From positions 64,001-108,641 of IMG/VR virus record IMGVR_UViG_3300028031_000001: DNA of 44,641 nucleotides; one strand, written 5' to 3'. This document shows positions 1-8,681 of the stretch, piece by piece. Below the pieces are notes generated by a model. That model was not told the origin of the DNA. It did no database searches and saw nothing but the letters and a program-made list of their open reading frames with translations. Within the stretch, counting starts at the first letter, position 1. Each line of letters starts with the position of its first letter. The position numbers were made by a program, and so were the translations under genes. This stretch comes from a virus (Duplodnaviria; Heunggongvirae; Uroviricota; Caudoviricetes).

Positions 1-87
1 TGGTCTCCAATCGTGACTTATGCGCCTATTTTAGAGTTGTTTTATACTCAACCCGAGACATTGAGGTTACAGATAGGAACGCCTTAA
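1..87 (+). CDS. 3' end of an upstream gene (partial), possibly a paralog of the next Fn3-like gene
   Basis: Frame 1 is open from base 1 (WSPIVTYAPILELFYTQPETLRLQIGTP*). Its TAA at 85-87 overlaps the next ATG (TAATG coupling). Confidence 0.7.
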   Translation, partial: WSPIVTYAPILELFYTQPETLRLQIGTP

Positions 88-449
88 TGTTACGTTGGAT
101 TTTACCATTATTGATATGTATTCCGGCATGGGCGCTGAAAACCGGCCCGGAATATATACTCACATGGTCGAGACCCACTCAATACGTAGATGGCTCTCCA
201 CTACCTATAGAAGAGATAGGTGGGTATAAATTAATTGAAATATTTAATGGGGTTCGTACCGAAAGAATTTTACCAGCTTCTTCTTTAATGTACTCAGGCG
301 TTAGAAAAATAGGAGATAGATATTGCTGGGAGTTAGCCGCATTTGATATTCAAGGCGATACCAGTGCATACAGCAAACAGGTTTGTAAAACATTTTTTGA
401 AGGAGACGTTTTTACACAGCCACAATTTATAAGATTGGAGATAGATTAG
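87..449 (+). CDS. Secreted fibronectin type III-like small protein
   Basis: Hydrophobic N-terminus ending in AWA (signal peptidase I-like). LTWSRPTQYVDGSPL..GY and YCWELAAFD..G..S.YS match the Fn3-like pattern. Confidence 0.6.
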   Translation: MLRWILPLLICIPAWALKTGPEYILTWSRPTQYVDGSPLPIEEIGGYKLIEIFNGVRTERILPASSLMYSGVRKIGDRYCWELAAFDIQGDTSAYSKQVCKTFFEGDVFTQPQFIRLEID

Positions 450-450
450 A

Positions 451-831
451 ATGGCTAACGTATTACATAGAACAAGTAAACAATTTATTAAATCTGTTAA
501 TACGGTCAAATACCCCCCTACGACATGGATTATTAACCCAGATTTATCCGGAATAACTGAGAGAGAATCTAAGTACTGGAATATAAATGGTGACCAAGTT
601 ACCGATATGAACGTCACCCAAAAAGATGCGGTAGATGCTCTAGAATCTGCCGAAATAACAACCGAAAAACGAGGCGAAGATAAGGCCGAATTCGATGAAC
701 GAATTATGTTTCGCGCTATGATGCATGTAATGTTAGACTTGTATAATGCCGGTAAGAAAGTTGGAGCGCCAGATGTTTCTATATCTCAAATTAGAACTCG
801 CGTTCGTAATAAAATGGATGGGCTTAACTAA
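451..831 (+). CDS. Hypothetical protein (virion gene cluster)
   Basis: 126-aa ORF, GGAG SD upstream, TAATG coupling to the next gene. Confidence 0.75.
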   Translation: MANVLHRTSKQFIKSVNTVKYPPTTWIINPDLSGITERESKYWNINGDQVTDMNVTQKDAVDALESAEITTEKRGEDKAEFDERIMFRAMMHVMLDLYNAGKKVGAPDVSISQIRTRVRNKMDGLN

Positions 832-1331
832 TGGCTAGTGGAAAACTTTGCGCTGCAATTATAAGGGACATGCCAACTGCTGACGGGCCTAATGCTTCAT
901 TAGGTGTTTTGCTCGGAGCCACAACAATTGGTGAACAGATTCCAACGTTAGACTTCGATGATACTACTATTGAGTATTGGGATTATTTAATCGATATGGA
1001 GTCCTATGATGCTGGAGGGTTAACCGTAACGCTTAAATATTCTGCCGCAGCATCTTCAGGGGATGTAGACTTTGAGTGCGCGTTTCGACGTATTGGTGAT
1101 GATATTGAGGATATTGACACCACCGCGCACACCTATAACTTTAATACCGCAACTACCACAGTGCCCTCCGTTATCGGGGAAATAGGATATCACGACGTAG
1201 TATTTACTGACGGCGTAGATATAGATTCAATAGCGGATGGCGAACTGGGTATCTTGCGTATCAGGCGAAATTCTGCCGACACTTTAGTAGGGGATGCATC
1301 GCTTATATCGGTTCTAATTAGAGAAACCTAG
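831..1331 (+). CDS. Hypothetical acidic beta-rich virion protein
   Basis: 166-aa ORF, translationally coupled, Asp/Thr/Gly-rich composition typical of virion beta-proteins. Confidence 0.7.
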   Translation: MASGKLCAAIIRDMPTADGPNASLGVLLGATTIGEQIPTLDFDDTTIEYWDYLIDMESYDAGGLTVTLKYSAAASSGDVDFECAFRRIGDDIEDIDTTAHTYNFNTATTTVPSVIGEIGYHDVVFTDGVDIDSIADGELGILRIRRNSADTLVGDASLISVLIRET

Positions 1332-1333
1332 AA

Positions 1334-4300
1334 GTGGCAGCTTTAAATTTTACAGCTAATGCCGGAATTTACTGGCCAATTGATCTGGACTTTACTGGTG
1401 ACGAATGCACCATAATGGTTTGGATGAGACCTACCGTTTGGGACGCTTCTAACGATTCCGCATTTATTAAAAGAAATACCTTTGGAATTGGAACGGATGA
1501 TAGTGGAGGCGTAGACGCCATTCGAACCTACTTTAAGGTGGGTGCAACAAATTATAACGACTTTGAAACGGGCGCAACCGAAAGTATGGATGCCGCCAAG
1601 GTTAATAAGTGGTTTCATGTGTGTATAAGATACAAAGGCGACGGCACAGAAGGTTTAAGGTATTTAGCCTATCAAGATTCGTTAGATATAGAGTCCGAAA
1701 GGATTAGAGATGCGGCGAAAACTGGAAATATTTCAAACAGTAATCATTCTTATTCGATGGGTGCAAGATTCGATAATCTTAACGGCTCATCTATCAGCAC
1801 AAAATACACCGGAGCCGTTCTTTGCGGTAAAGTTTGGGATGGCTGGTTAACTGTAGATCAAATACGTGACGAACGTAAGAGTATGTTCCCTATTCATCGT
1901 CTAGATAAATTAATATTTTTCTCAGACACATCTCAAGTTCTTTCTCAAGACCTAACAGGGAATTTTGGTACCGCAGTTGACGCGGATGGTGGCAATCCCA
2001 CAACTTTGTATTCTGGAGACCTACCGGTCGCATTGCTTAGACCTCGAAGAGTGCCGGGTCTTATTCTGCCGTTTCCATCTACAACCATTATTAGTCTTAG
2101 TTTATCCAATTCCTCATCGACAGGTAGTATCGAAACCTTATCGGTAACTGAAAATCACGATTTAACGTTAGCTAGTACAAGCTCTACTGGTAGCGTTGCT
2201 GACGTATTAATAACTCAAGATAGAAACTTATTAATTACGAGTGTAAATTCTACGGGCAATGTTGATACCGTATCGATAACTCAAAACCATGACTTAGTAG
2301 CAGCTAGTATAAACTCTTCTAGCTCTATCGATAATATTTTAATTGCCCAGAACCACGCTTTAACAGTGACAAATTTAACCTCTACGGGAAATATAGATAC
2401 AGTTGTCGCAACACAGAGTCACAATCTAGCCGTTGGGAGTTTAGCCTCTACGGATGAAATTAACTCCTTAGCGATTACTCAAGATAAAAACCTCACCCTG
2501 CTAAGTGGAAATTCTACTGCTAATATCAACACTACATCAATAACTGTAAACCATAATTTAATAGTGGCTGGAACAAATTCTGCTGGTAGCGTTGCTGACG
2601 TATTAATAACTCAAGATAAAAACTTAACCCTCTTAGGTGTAAATACCACCGGCAGCATCGACGCTACACCAATAACTCAAAACCATAATTTAACAGGGGC
2701 TAGCGCAAACTCCTCTAGCTCTATCGATAATACCTTAATTACTCAAGGTATAAATTTAATAATTGCAGGTACAAACTCCGCCGCAAGCGTAGATACCGCC
2801 TCAATAACTCAAAACCATGATTTAGAGTTCACGGGTTATTTTGTGCCGGCATTAAACCCAAAACAGATTCTATCGAGCCCATTTATTTTTACCTCTGGAT
2901 ATTTTAAAGGCCCAAATACTTCTATTTCCGGAGAAGGTACATTGGTAGGCCCAGACGGAACTCTTGGCGGCGCAATATTAACCAATGATGGCGGAAATTT
3001 TAATTACCTTTTTGGTGTAGCATCTGGCTCCGCAGGTTTAAGTAAGTACGTTGCGGATATAGTTGTTCAAGCGGGGGACGGCGTTCCGGAGTCCGCAACA
3101 CACCAAATAGGAATTTATTTTCAAGGCGTATACAAGGCCGCAACAGGCACTATCATATCCGGCCCCGGAAGTGTATCAGGAACAGATTTGCAGTCAGTTA
3201 CTGGCCTCAGCCAAACCGAATGGACTCACATAAAGGTAGTTTTAGACGCGGAAACTAGTGACGCGGTTACGGTTCGAACATTCCCAGCAGAACCCGGATC
3301 AGTTTCTAGCAAAAATAACTACTGGTATATAGGATTCCAAGCGGGTATCGCTCCCGGAGATAGTGGTGAACCAGAATTAATAGGTTCTGTAGATTCTTTG
3401 GCATTAACGCAAAATCAAGACCTTGTAATTTCCGAAATATCCCAATCCACAAGTACGTCAGATTCAATATCTATAACTCAAAATCATGACCTAGATTTTA
3501 ATGGATATTTTATACCCGCATCCAACCCAAAACAAATACTTACTAATCCATACGACTTCACTACAGGATATTTTAAAGGCCCATTCACCGTGATTGCCAA
3601 TGCGGGAGTTATTATAGGCCCAGACGGAACTCTTGGTGGTGCGAGCCTATCCAACAATAACGACCCCGATCCTTTTAATTATCTGATAGGATCAACGCAA
3701 GGGAATTTAGGTAACGTAAGGTATGTAGTAGACCTTTTGGTAAGAGCTAGTAATGACGATCCTAGCTCTGGAAATAGCGGGTTGTCACTTTTCCATGACA
3801 CTGTATTTTCACCCTGCACAGGCACAATTATCTCCGGGCCGGGAACTATATCAGGCACCACTATAATAGAGGTTTCGGGGTTAAGCGAAACACTGTGGAC
3901 TCACTACAAAGTAGTTAGTAACGACCCGCTACCTAACGCCACACTTGCTTGGTCTATACCCGCGAGAGGCGGTGTTGGGTCAAATGATTATTGGTATATG
4001 GGGTTTCAGGAAGGAACTGTTCCCGGAGATAGTGGAGAACCACAATCAACGGGGTCTATTAATTCTTTAGCTATTACCCAAGATCAAAATTTATTAATAT
4101 CAGAAATCGCCTCTACAGGAAATTCATTCGATGTGATAATTTCCCAAAATCAAGATTTGATTTTGGAATCTATTGTTGGAACAGGACAAATAAATACTGT
4201 AGAAGTTGTTAAGGCTATAGCGCTTTCTGCGGATAACTTATTTTCAGACGGCATTATCGGGTCGGTAACAATAGATCAAGATTATAACTTAACAATACCA

Positions 4301-5077
4301 CCGTTAAGTTTAGAAACTTCCACAGATAATGTAGCAATTACCCAAGGACACGACCTTGCAATATCTTTAACAAGTTCTATAGGGGCGTTAGACGCGCCAT
4401 TAATTGCTAAAATTATAACGCTTTCGAATTTAAATGTTGTTATGGAATCTAACATAATAGGCGTCTCTATAACACAAAACCACAACCTAATCACTTTGAT
4501 AATAAACTCTATAAGCGAATTATCAGATATATCGCTAACACAAAATTATAATTTATTAGTTAGTGACGTATTACTATCTTCAACTTTAAATGCTATAGAG
4601 TTAACTCAAGGTCAAAATCTGTCGATAACAACGACAGAATCTAACTCTCAAAATTTTGACACCTCCGTAACACAAATTCATAATTTAAGTAGTGAAGATA
4701 TTGAAAATATAGGGTCTATATTTGACATACAAATAACCAAAACTCTGTATATATTCCCGCTTGATATACAAGAAACGCCGACTATTGATGATGTTTCAGC
4801 GATGGTGGGGCAAGTTTTGGTTTTGCAGAATCTATCTTCATTCGGAAATATAGATGGTATTACGTTTCCAATACTATCTGCCGGATATTTAAAAGCATCT
4901 ATAACCTCACAACCGGCAATATATTTCAATACAAACATATCCAACACAAACAACTTAAAGGCTGTTGTTGCTTCACATCCAGCGCTGGCATTTGATAAAA
5001 TATTATCTAATGTAGGAATAGATTTAGATGTAAAAATTGATTCCAGTGTAAAAGCTAGCGTTAGGAACGGGTATTAA
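1334..5077 (+). CDS. Large fibre-like virion protein: N-terminal LamG/ConA-like domain, 22-aa repeat shaft, two duplicated inserted domains
   Basis: N-terminal CTIMVWMRP...NKWFHVCIRY...GKVWDGWLTVDQI matches LamG-like domains; periodic (T)QNH.L repeats follow. Confidence 0.7.
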   Translation: MAALNFTANAGIYWPIDLDFTGDECTIMVWMRPTVWDASNDSAFIKRNTFGIGTDDSGGVDAIRTYFKVGATNYNDFETGATESMDAAKVNKWFHVCIRYKGDGTEGLRYLAYQDSLDIESERIRDAAKTGNISNSNHSYSMGARFDNLNGSSISTKYTGAVLCGKVWDGWLTVDQIRDERKSMFPIHRLDKLIFFSDTSQVLSQDLTGNFGTAVDADGGNPTTLYSGDLPVALLRPRRVPGLILPFPSTTIISLSLSNSSSTGSIETLSVTENHDLTLASTSSTGSVADVLITQDRNLLITSVNSTGNVDTVSITQNHDLVAASINSSSSIDNILIAQNHALTVTNLTSTGNIDTVVATQSHNLAVGSLASTDEINSLAITQDKNLTLLSGNSTANINTTSITVNHNLIVAGTNSAGSVADVLITQDKNLTLLGVNTTGSIDATPITQNHNLTGASANSSSSIDNTLITQGINLIIAGTNSAASVDTASITQNHDLEFTGYFVPALNPKQILSSPFIFTSGYFKGPNTSISGEGTLVGPDGTLGGAILTNDGGNFNYLFGVASGSAGLSKYVADIVVQAGDGVPESATHQIGIYFQGVYKAATGTIISGPGSVSGTDLQSVTGLSQTEWTHIKVVLDAETSDAVTVRTFPAEPGSVSSKNNYWYIGFQAGIAPGDSGEPELIGSVDSLALTQNQDLVISEISQSTSTSDSISITQNHDLDFNGYFIPASNPKQILTNPYDFTTGYFKGPFTVIANAGVIIGPDGTLGGASLSNNNDPDPFNYLIGSTQGNLGNVRYVVDLLVRASNDDPSSGNSGLSLFHDTVFSPCTGTIISGPGTISGTTIIEVSGLSETLWTHYKVVSNDPLPNATLAWSIPARGGVGSNDYWYMGFQEGTVPGDSGEPQSTGSINSLAITQDQNLLISEIASTGNSFDVIISQNQDLILESIVGTGQINTVEVVKAIALSADNLFSDGIIGSVTIDQDYNLTIPPLSLETSTDNVAITQGHDLAISLTSSIGALDAPLIAKIITLSNLNVVMESNIIGVSITQNHNLITLIINSISELSDISLTQNYNLLVSDVLLSSTLNAIELTQGQNLSITTTESNSQNFDTSVTQIHNLSSEDIENIGSIFDIQITKTLYIFPLDIQETPTIDDVSAMVGQVLVLQNLSSFGNIDGITFPILSAGYLKASITSQPAIYFNTNISNTNNLKAVVASHPALAFDKILSNVGIDLDVKIDSSVKASVRNGY
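2087..2812 (+). repeat. Eleven 66-bp (22-aa) coding repeat units, block 1
   Basis: TQ/AQ/TV unit ends recur every 66 nt. A 36-bp identical copy at 2187-2222 and 2583-2618 is offset by 396 (6 units). Confidence 0.9.
2807..4080 (+). repeat. Tandem duplication of a ~220-aa globular insert
   Basis: NHDL.F.GYF.PA.NPKQIL..P..FT.GYFKGP...YWY.GFQ.G..PGDSGEP occurs twice, offset 669 nt. Confidence 0.9.
4082..4870 (+). repeat. About twelve more divergent 22-aa repeat units, block 2
   Basis: DQNLLISEIASTGNSFDVIISQ-type units continue at a 22-aa period. Confidence 0.8.
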
Positions 5078-5102
5078 CAACCTAAATTAATTATGTTATA
5101 AT
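5074..5102 (+). promoter_or_regulatory. Sigma70-type promoter with extended -10
   Basis: TTAACA-17 nt-TATAAT with a TGn extension, in an intergenic gap. Confidence 0.65.
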
Positions 5103-5137
5103 ACGTAGCAATCAAACCTGATTTTATGTAAAAAACT

Positions 5138-5455
5138 ATGCCTATAAAAGCAATTTTTGAAAATAATGACATGCTTATCGAGGTTGATGGTTTAAGGCAC
5201 TCCGTAACAAACGAATATATCAATGACGCAATTGTTACAGTTACCCTATTTAAAGATTCTGTAGAGGTTACTGGGGAAACATGGCCGTTATCAATGGCAT
5301 ACGTTGCGGGAACTAGAGCGGTTTATAGGGCTATAATAATAGGGTCTATAGATTTGGTAGATGGAGAAAGGGTGGACATTGTAGTCTCAGCACTTGGTGA
5401 TGGACTTACAGCAGAATTCAATTGCAACGTTAAAGTTAAAAAACGTTGTGAATAA
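5138..5455 (+). CDS. Hypothetical Ig/BppU-like small virion protein
   Basis: 105-aa all-beta-like ORF (VTVTLF, VYRAII, VDIVVSA). Confidence 0.6.
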   Translation: MPIKAIFENNDMLIEVDGLRHSVTNEYINDAIVTVTLFKDSVEVTGETWPLSMAYVAGTRAVYRAIIIGSIDLVDGERVDIVVSALGDGLTAEFNCNVKVKKRCE

Positions 5456-5506
5456 TTAAATATTTTATTTTAACCGTTATATAGGTTAAACATTGGAGAT
5501 TAAAGC

Positions 5507-7201
5507 ATGGCTATGGTAGATGCAGATTGGAGTATTACCCGTTCTAGTGGTGATATTAGATACATAGGAGATGACCACGGTGGTGGATCACCTTCTTACG
5601 CGACAGTTATTCAATTGCGTCGTTGGTTGGGTGCGTTCTCGGATGACGCGGCAAGTTCCGGCGATGATCAGTACGATATCACAGATGATGCCGCTTCTGA
5701 TCGTTCAACCGATAATATTATTACACTATTGGGTAATTATAATATAGACGATACTGCCGCTGAGCATTTGTTCGATGGATCAATTATTCAGGGTACTGGC
5801 GGAACTGAAGAGTATTACGATGGAGTTGTAAATTTTGGCAACGCAGACGTACAAATTCAAGTGCACCAGAATGGTGCTGTCCTATCAGACGATTGGTGGA
5901 ATTTTTCAAGCGCCGGTTTGAACCCAGACGCCGCTCAGGGAATTTCTCATAGATTCATGATAAAAACCAGAACAGCCGGTTCCGATATTGATGGTCGTAG
6001 ACTTATCGGTACGTCCAGAACATTTGGTAATGGCTATTCTGAATTCAAAATCAACGGCACAGCTCGTGGTAATAACGTATTCGCCCTTAAAGATTCCGCA
6101 GATTTGAACAACGCCACAATAGTTGGCACTGTCGCGGGTTGGACAGGTATTGCCTTAACCACTCAAGGCTATGTAGGTTTGGATGTAAACAATGATTCCT
6201 CAAATGAATTTTATTACTCGGAGTGGAATACCAATCAACCAACTAGAAGTATTAATGATTTCTACGAACGCATGAAATGGTTACAACGCGATGGATCGGC
6301 AGAAACTCTTTGGGGATTAAACGGAGAATTATTCCGTGGAATTACTCATGAGATAGTTGTTGATACTCCAACCGGAACTTTTAACGCTTTCGAAGACGTT
6401 TCTTGGACTGGTGGTACGGGGCAAATGCTTGCTATTAATTCAACTACCGCCGCCACAACTATGTGGATTCAGCTATTAACCGGAATCGCACCTACTGACG
6501 GACTAACAATCACAGGTGGAATATCATCCGCCACGGTTGATGTTAACGTTACCGTTACAGATAGAGAACCTAGACTAACATTCCCATTTATTGGGGCGTC
6601 AACCGGAACCTCTATTGTTGGTGGTTATGGTACAGGCATTGAAGTTAACGATGTAACTGCCGCAGACAAGTTGTTCGACTTAACGGATACTCAAATCGTA
6701 CCTCCCAATAACGTTACTTTCGACGTGCTTGGTGTTGTATCTGGAGAAGATAGAATACTAGTTACTACGGATGCAGCAGGCGCTATCGACACAAACCATT
6801 ATATACTTAATGGTGGGTTGGTTGGGGCTGCTGTTACAGCAGTTACCGTTTCCGGTGCTATCGATTCTGATACGCCTTCGTCTGGTACTATTCGTATCGA
6901 ACGTGATAGTGGTGCATACACACTCCATCCCTATAGTGCGTTCTCGGGTTCTGACTTTACTATAACGTCTCACGACTTTAGTACCGACAATGCGGCAACG
7001 ACTAACAACGTTTATAATAGTTATATCGACAAGCTTGCTGGCGGAACTACTGAATCATTCACCTACGTTTATAACGCAGACAGAACTCTGTTTATTCGAG
7101 TTAGAGATGGTGGTATTACACCTATTAAGCCATTTGAAACAACGGCTGTTATGGGATCAACTGGTGGTTCGGCTACGGTTATTCGAACAAGCGATGAGTA
7201 A
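5507..7201 (+). CDS. Virion structural protein of unknown function
   Basis: 564 aa, GGAG SD, Gly/Thr/Asp-rich, with codon usage like highly expressed structural genes. Confidence 0.75.
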   Translation: MAMVDADWSITRSSGDIRYIGDDHGGGSPSYATVIQLRRWLGAFSDDAASSGDDQYDITDDAASDRSTDNIITLLGNYNIDDTAAEHLFDGSIIQGTGGTEEYYDGVVNFGNADVQIQVHQNGAVLSDDWWNFSSAGLNPDAAQGISHRFMIKTRTAGSDIDGRRLIGTSRTFGNGYSEFKINGTARGNNVFALKDSADLNNATIVGTVAGWTGIALTTQGYVGLDVNNDSSNEFYYSEWNTNQPTRSINDFYERMKWLQRDGSAETLWGLNGELFRGITHEIVVDTPTGTFNAFEDVSWTGGTGQMLAINSTTAATTMWIQLLTGIAPTDGLTITGGISSATVDVNVTVTDREPRLTFPFIGASTGTSIVGGYGTGIEVNDVTAADKLFDLTDTQIVPPNNVTFDVLGVVSGEDRILVTTDAAGAIDTNHYILNGGLVGAAVTAVTVSGAIDSDTPSSGTIRIERDSGAYTLHPYSAFSGSDFTITSHDFSTDNAATTNNVYNSYIDKLAGGTTESFTYVYNADRTLFIRVRDGGITPIKPFETTAVMGSTGGSATVIRTSDE

Positions 7202-7527
7202 TGGCTACACAGTATCAATGGAAACAGTTTTGTGACGCTATGGCTATGGGCCGCGTAGGCCCATACCAACAAAAAAATAGTGTTTCTGGAGAAAATTGCA
7301 TAAGAGATTATAGTAGCGCAGGTAAAATTGTAGCCTCTATGAAAGTTTTAGGGGGAAACTCCAACAAACTAGGTCAAGAATGTATCAGGGAGTTTTTTGT
7401 GCTTAAAGATATTCTCCATAAATGCGCTGACATATATCAAATTACGGATGCGGAGTGGTATGAATGGGATAATGCGCGAGACGATTTTCATGATGAAAAG
7501 TGGTTACTCGAACGTAGGCGCGTTTAA
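7201..7527 (+). CDS. Hypothetical protein
   Basis: 108-aa ORF coupled by TAATG on both sides. Confidence 0.75.
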   Translation: MATQYQWKQFCDAMAMGRVGPYQQKNSVSGENCIRDYSSAGKIVASMKVLGGNSNKLGQECIREFFVLKDILHKCADIYQITDAEWYEWDNARDDFHDEKWLLERRRV

Positions 7528-8681
7528 TGACATTTACTATACCTACCGCAGTTCTGCAAATGCAGACAGATTGGGATTTAGATGCTAGGGCTAGAGGATC
7601 GTTTGCTGGGGCTGGTGAGGCTCAACCGGGCACTAGAAATCTCAAAACAAATGGCTCTCTACCACTTACCGGTTCACCCGCTACAGCGTTTGTTAACACC
7701 CAAACGAGTTCTTCTACCGGGCCTTTAAGAGGGGTGTATTGGGAATTCTTAGCAACTGGTGGATACGATGTATCCGTAGATACTAAGGTGGTTATATGGA
7801 ACTGGCAGTTCAATGCCCCAAATAGAGTTCAGTGTGCTGCCGCTGCTAACGATGGAGTTGTTTTCAGACTTGGCACTGGAACTGGCTCACCCCCCGTCAA
7901 TTACAAAACATGGCAGATCGCGGGAAATGATAAGGTGGGGGGTCAAGCTAGAGAAAACCCTAAGATGATTGTGGTTGATATGAATGTTGCAGACCATAAT
8001 GCATTAATAGGCACTTACGACAATACCGACGTTGAATGTTTTGGGTTTGGCACTGTCCGGTTTAATCTGTCAGGGTCAAGCACCACTCAGCATTTCCATC
8101 CAAGAATTTTTGTTTTTGATACTACCAAAAACGCTACCAACATTCCAAGATTTACCGGAGCTTTGTCTGATTGGGATGATATGGTAACGGCTGTAGGTAC
8201 TGCGTATAATACTAAAATAACAGACGAATGGATTAAAAGGGAGGGCTCTATATTTAGCTATGCCGCGCCTTGGGAGATAGGAAATAATAGCACCGTCACT
8301 ACGTTTAACGATAATGGGGTTAGCGTATTCTGGCCAAATTCAAATGATGTAAATGACCCTAGAGTGCATGTAACTGACCAAGCGTTTAGGGGGTATTTGA
8401 ATCTTAGAAATAACGTAGCAGATACCGCCATTTTTAGCGGGCTTTATGATGCCGGCAATAGTTATCCGCCTTGGGATTTTAATCAAAACGACGCCGCCGT
8501 AGTTACATTTTCCAGTCCAACCTTTAAACGTATTGGAACTTTTATTATGGGCTCTAGTATAACAGGCCCGGCAACATTTGATGATTGTGGATTAATAGAT
8601 TATCAAGATAATGGGGTTAATTTAGATGGTTCAACATTTAGAAACCCTCACGCGAGTCATCTTGTGAGTTTGGCAGCATGA
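7527..8681 (+). CDS. Virion protein, paralog of the N-terminal part of 8678..10348
   Basis: Shares YDVS.DTKV..W..QFNAPNR and NDVNDPRV.VT.QAFR.YLNLRNNVADTAIFSG with the next gene. Confidence 0.8.
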   Translation: MTFTIPTAVLQMQTDWDLDARARGSFAGAGEAQPGTRNLKTNGSLPLTGSPATAFVNTQTSSSTGPLRGVYWEFLATGGYDVSVDTKVVIWNWQFNAPNRVQCAAAANDGVVFRLGTGTGSPPVNYKTWQIAGNDKVGGQARENPKMIVVDMNVADHNALIGTYDNTDVECFGFGTVRFNLSGSSTTQHFHPRIFVFDTTKNATNIPRFTGALSDWDDMVTAVGTAYNTKITDEWIKREGSIFSYAAPWEIGNNSTVTTFNDNGVSVFWPNSNDVNDPRVHVTDQAFRGYLNLRNNVADTAIFSGLYDAGNSYPPWDFNQNDAAVVTFSSPTFKRIGTFIMGSSITGPATFDDCGLIDYQDNGVNLDGSTFRNPHASHLVSLAA

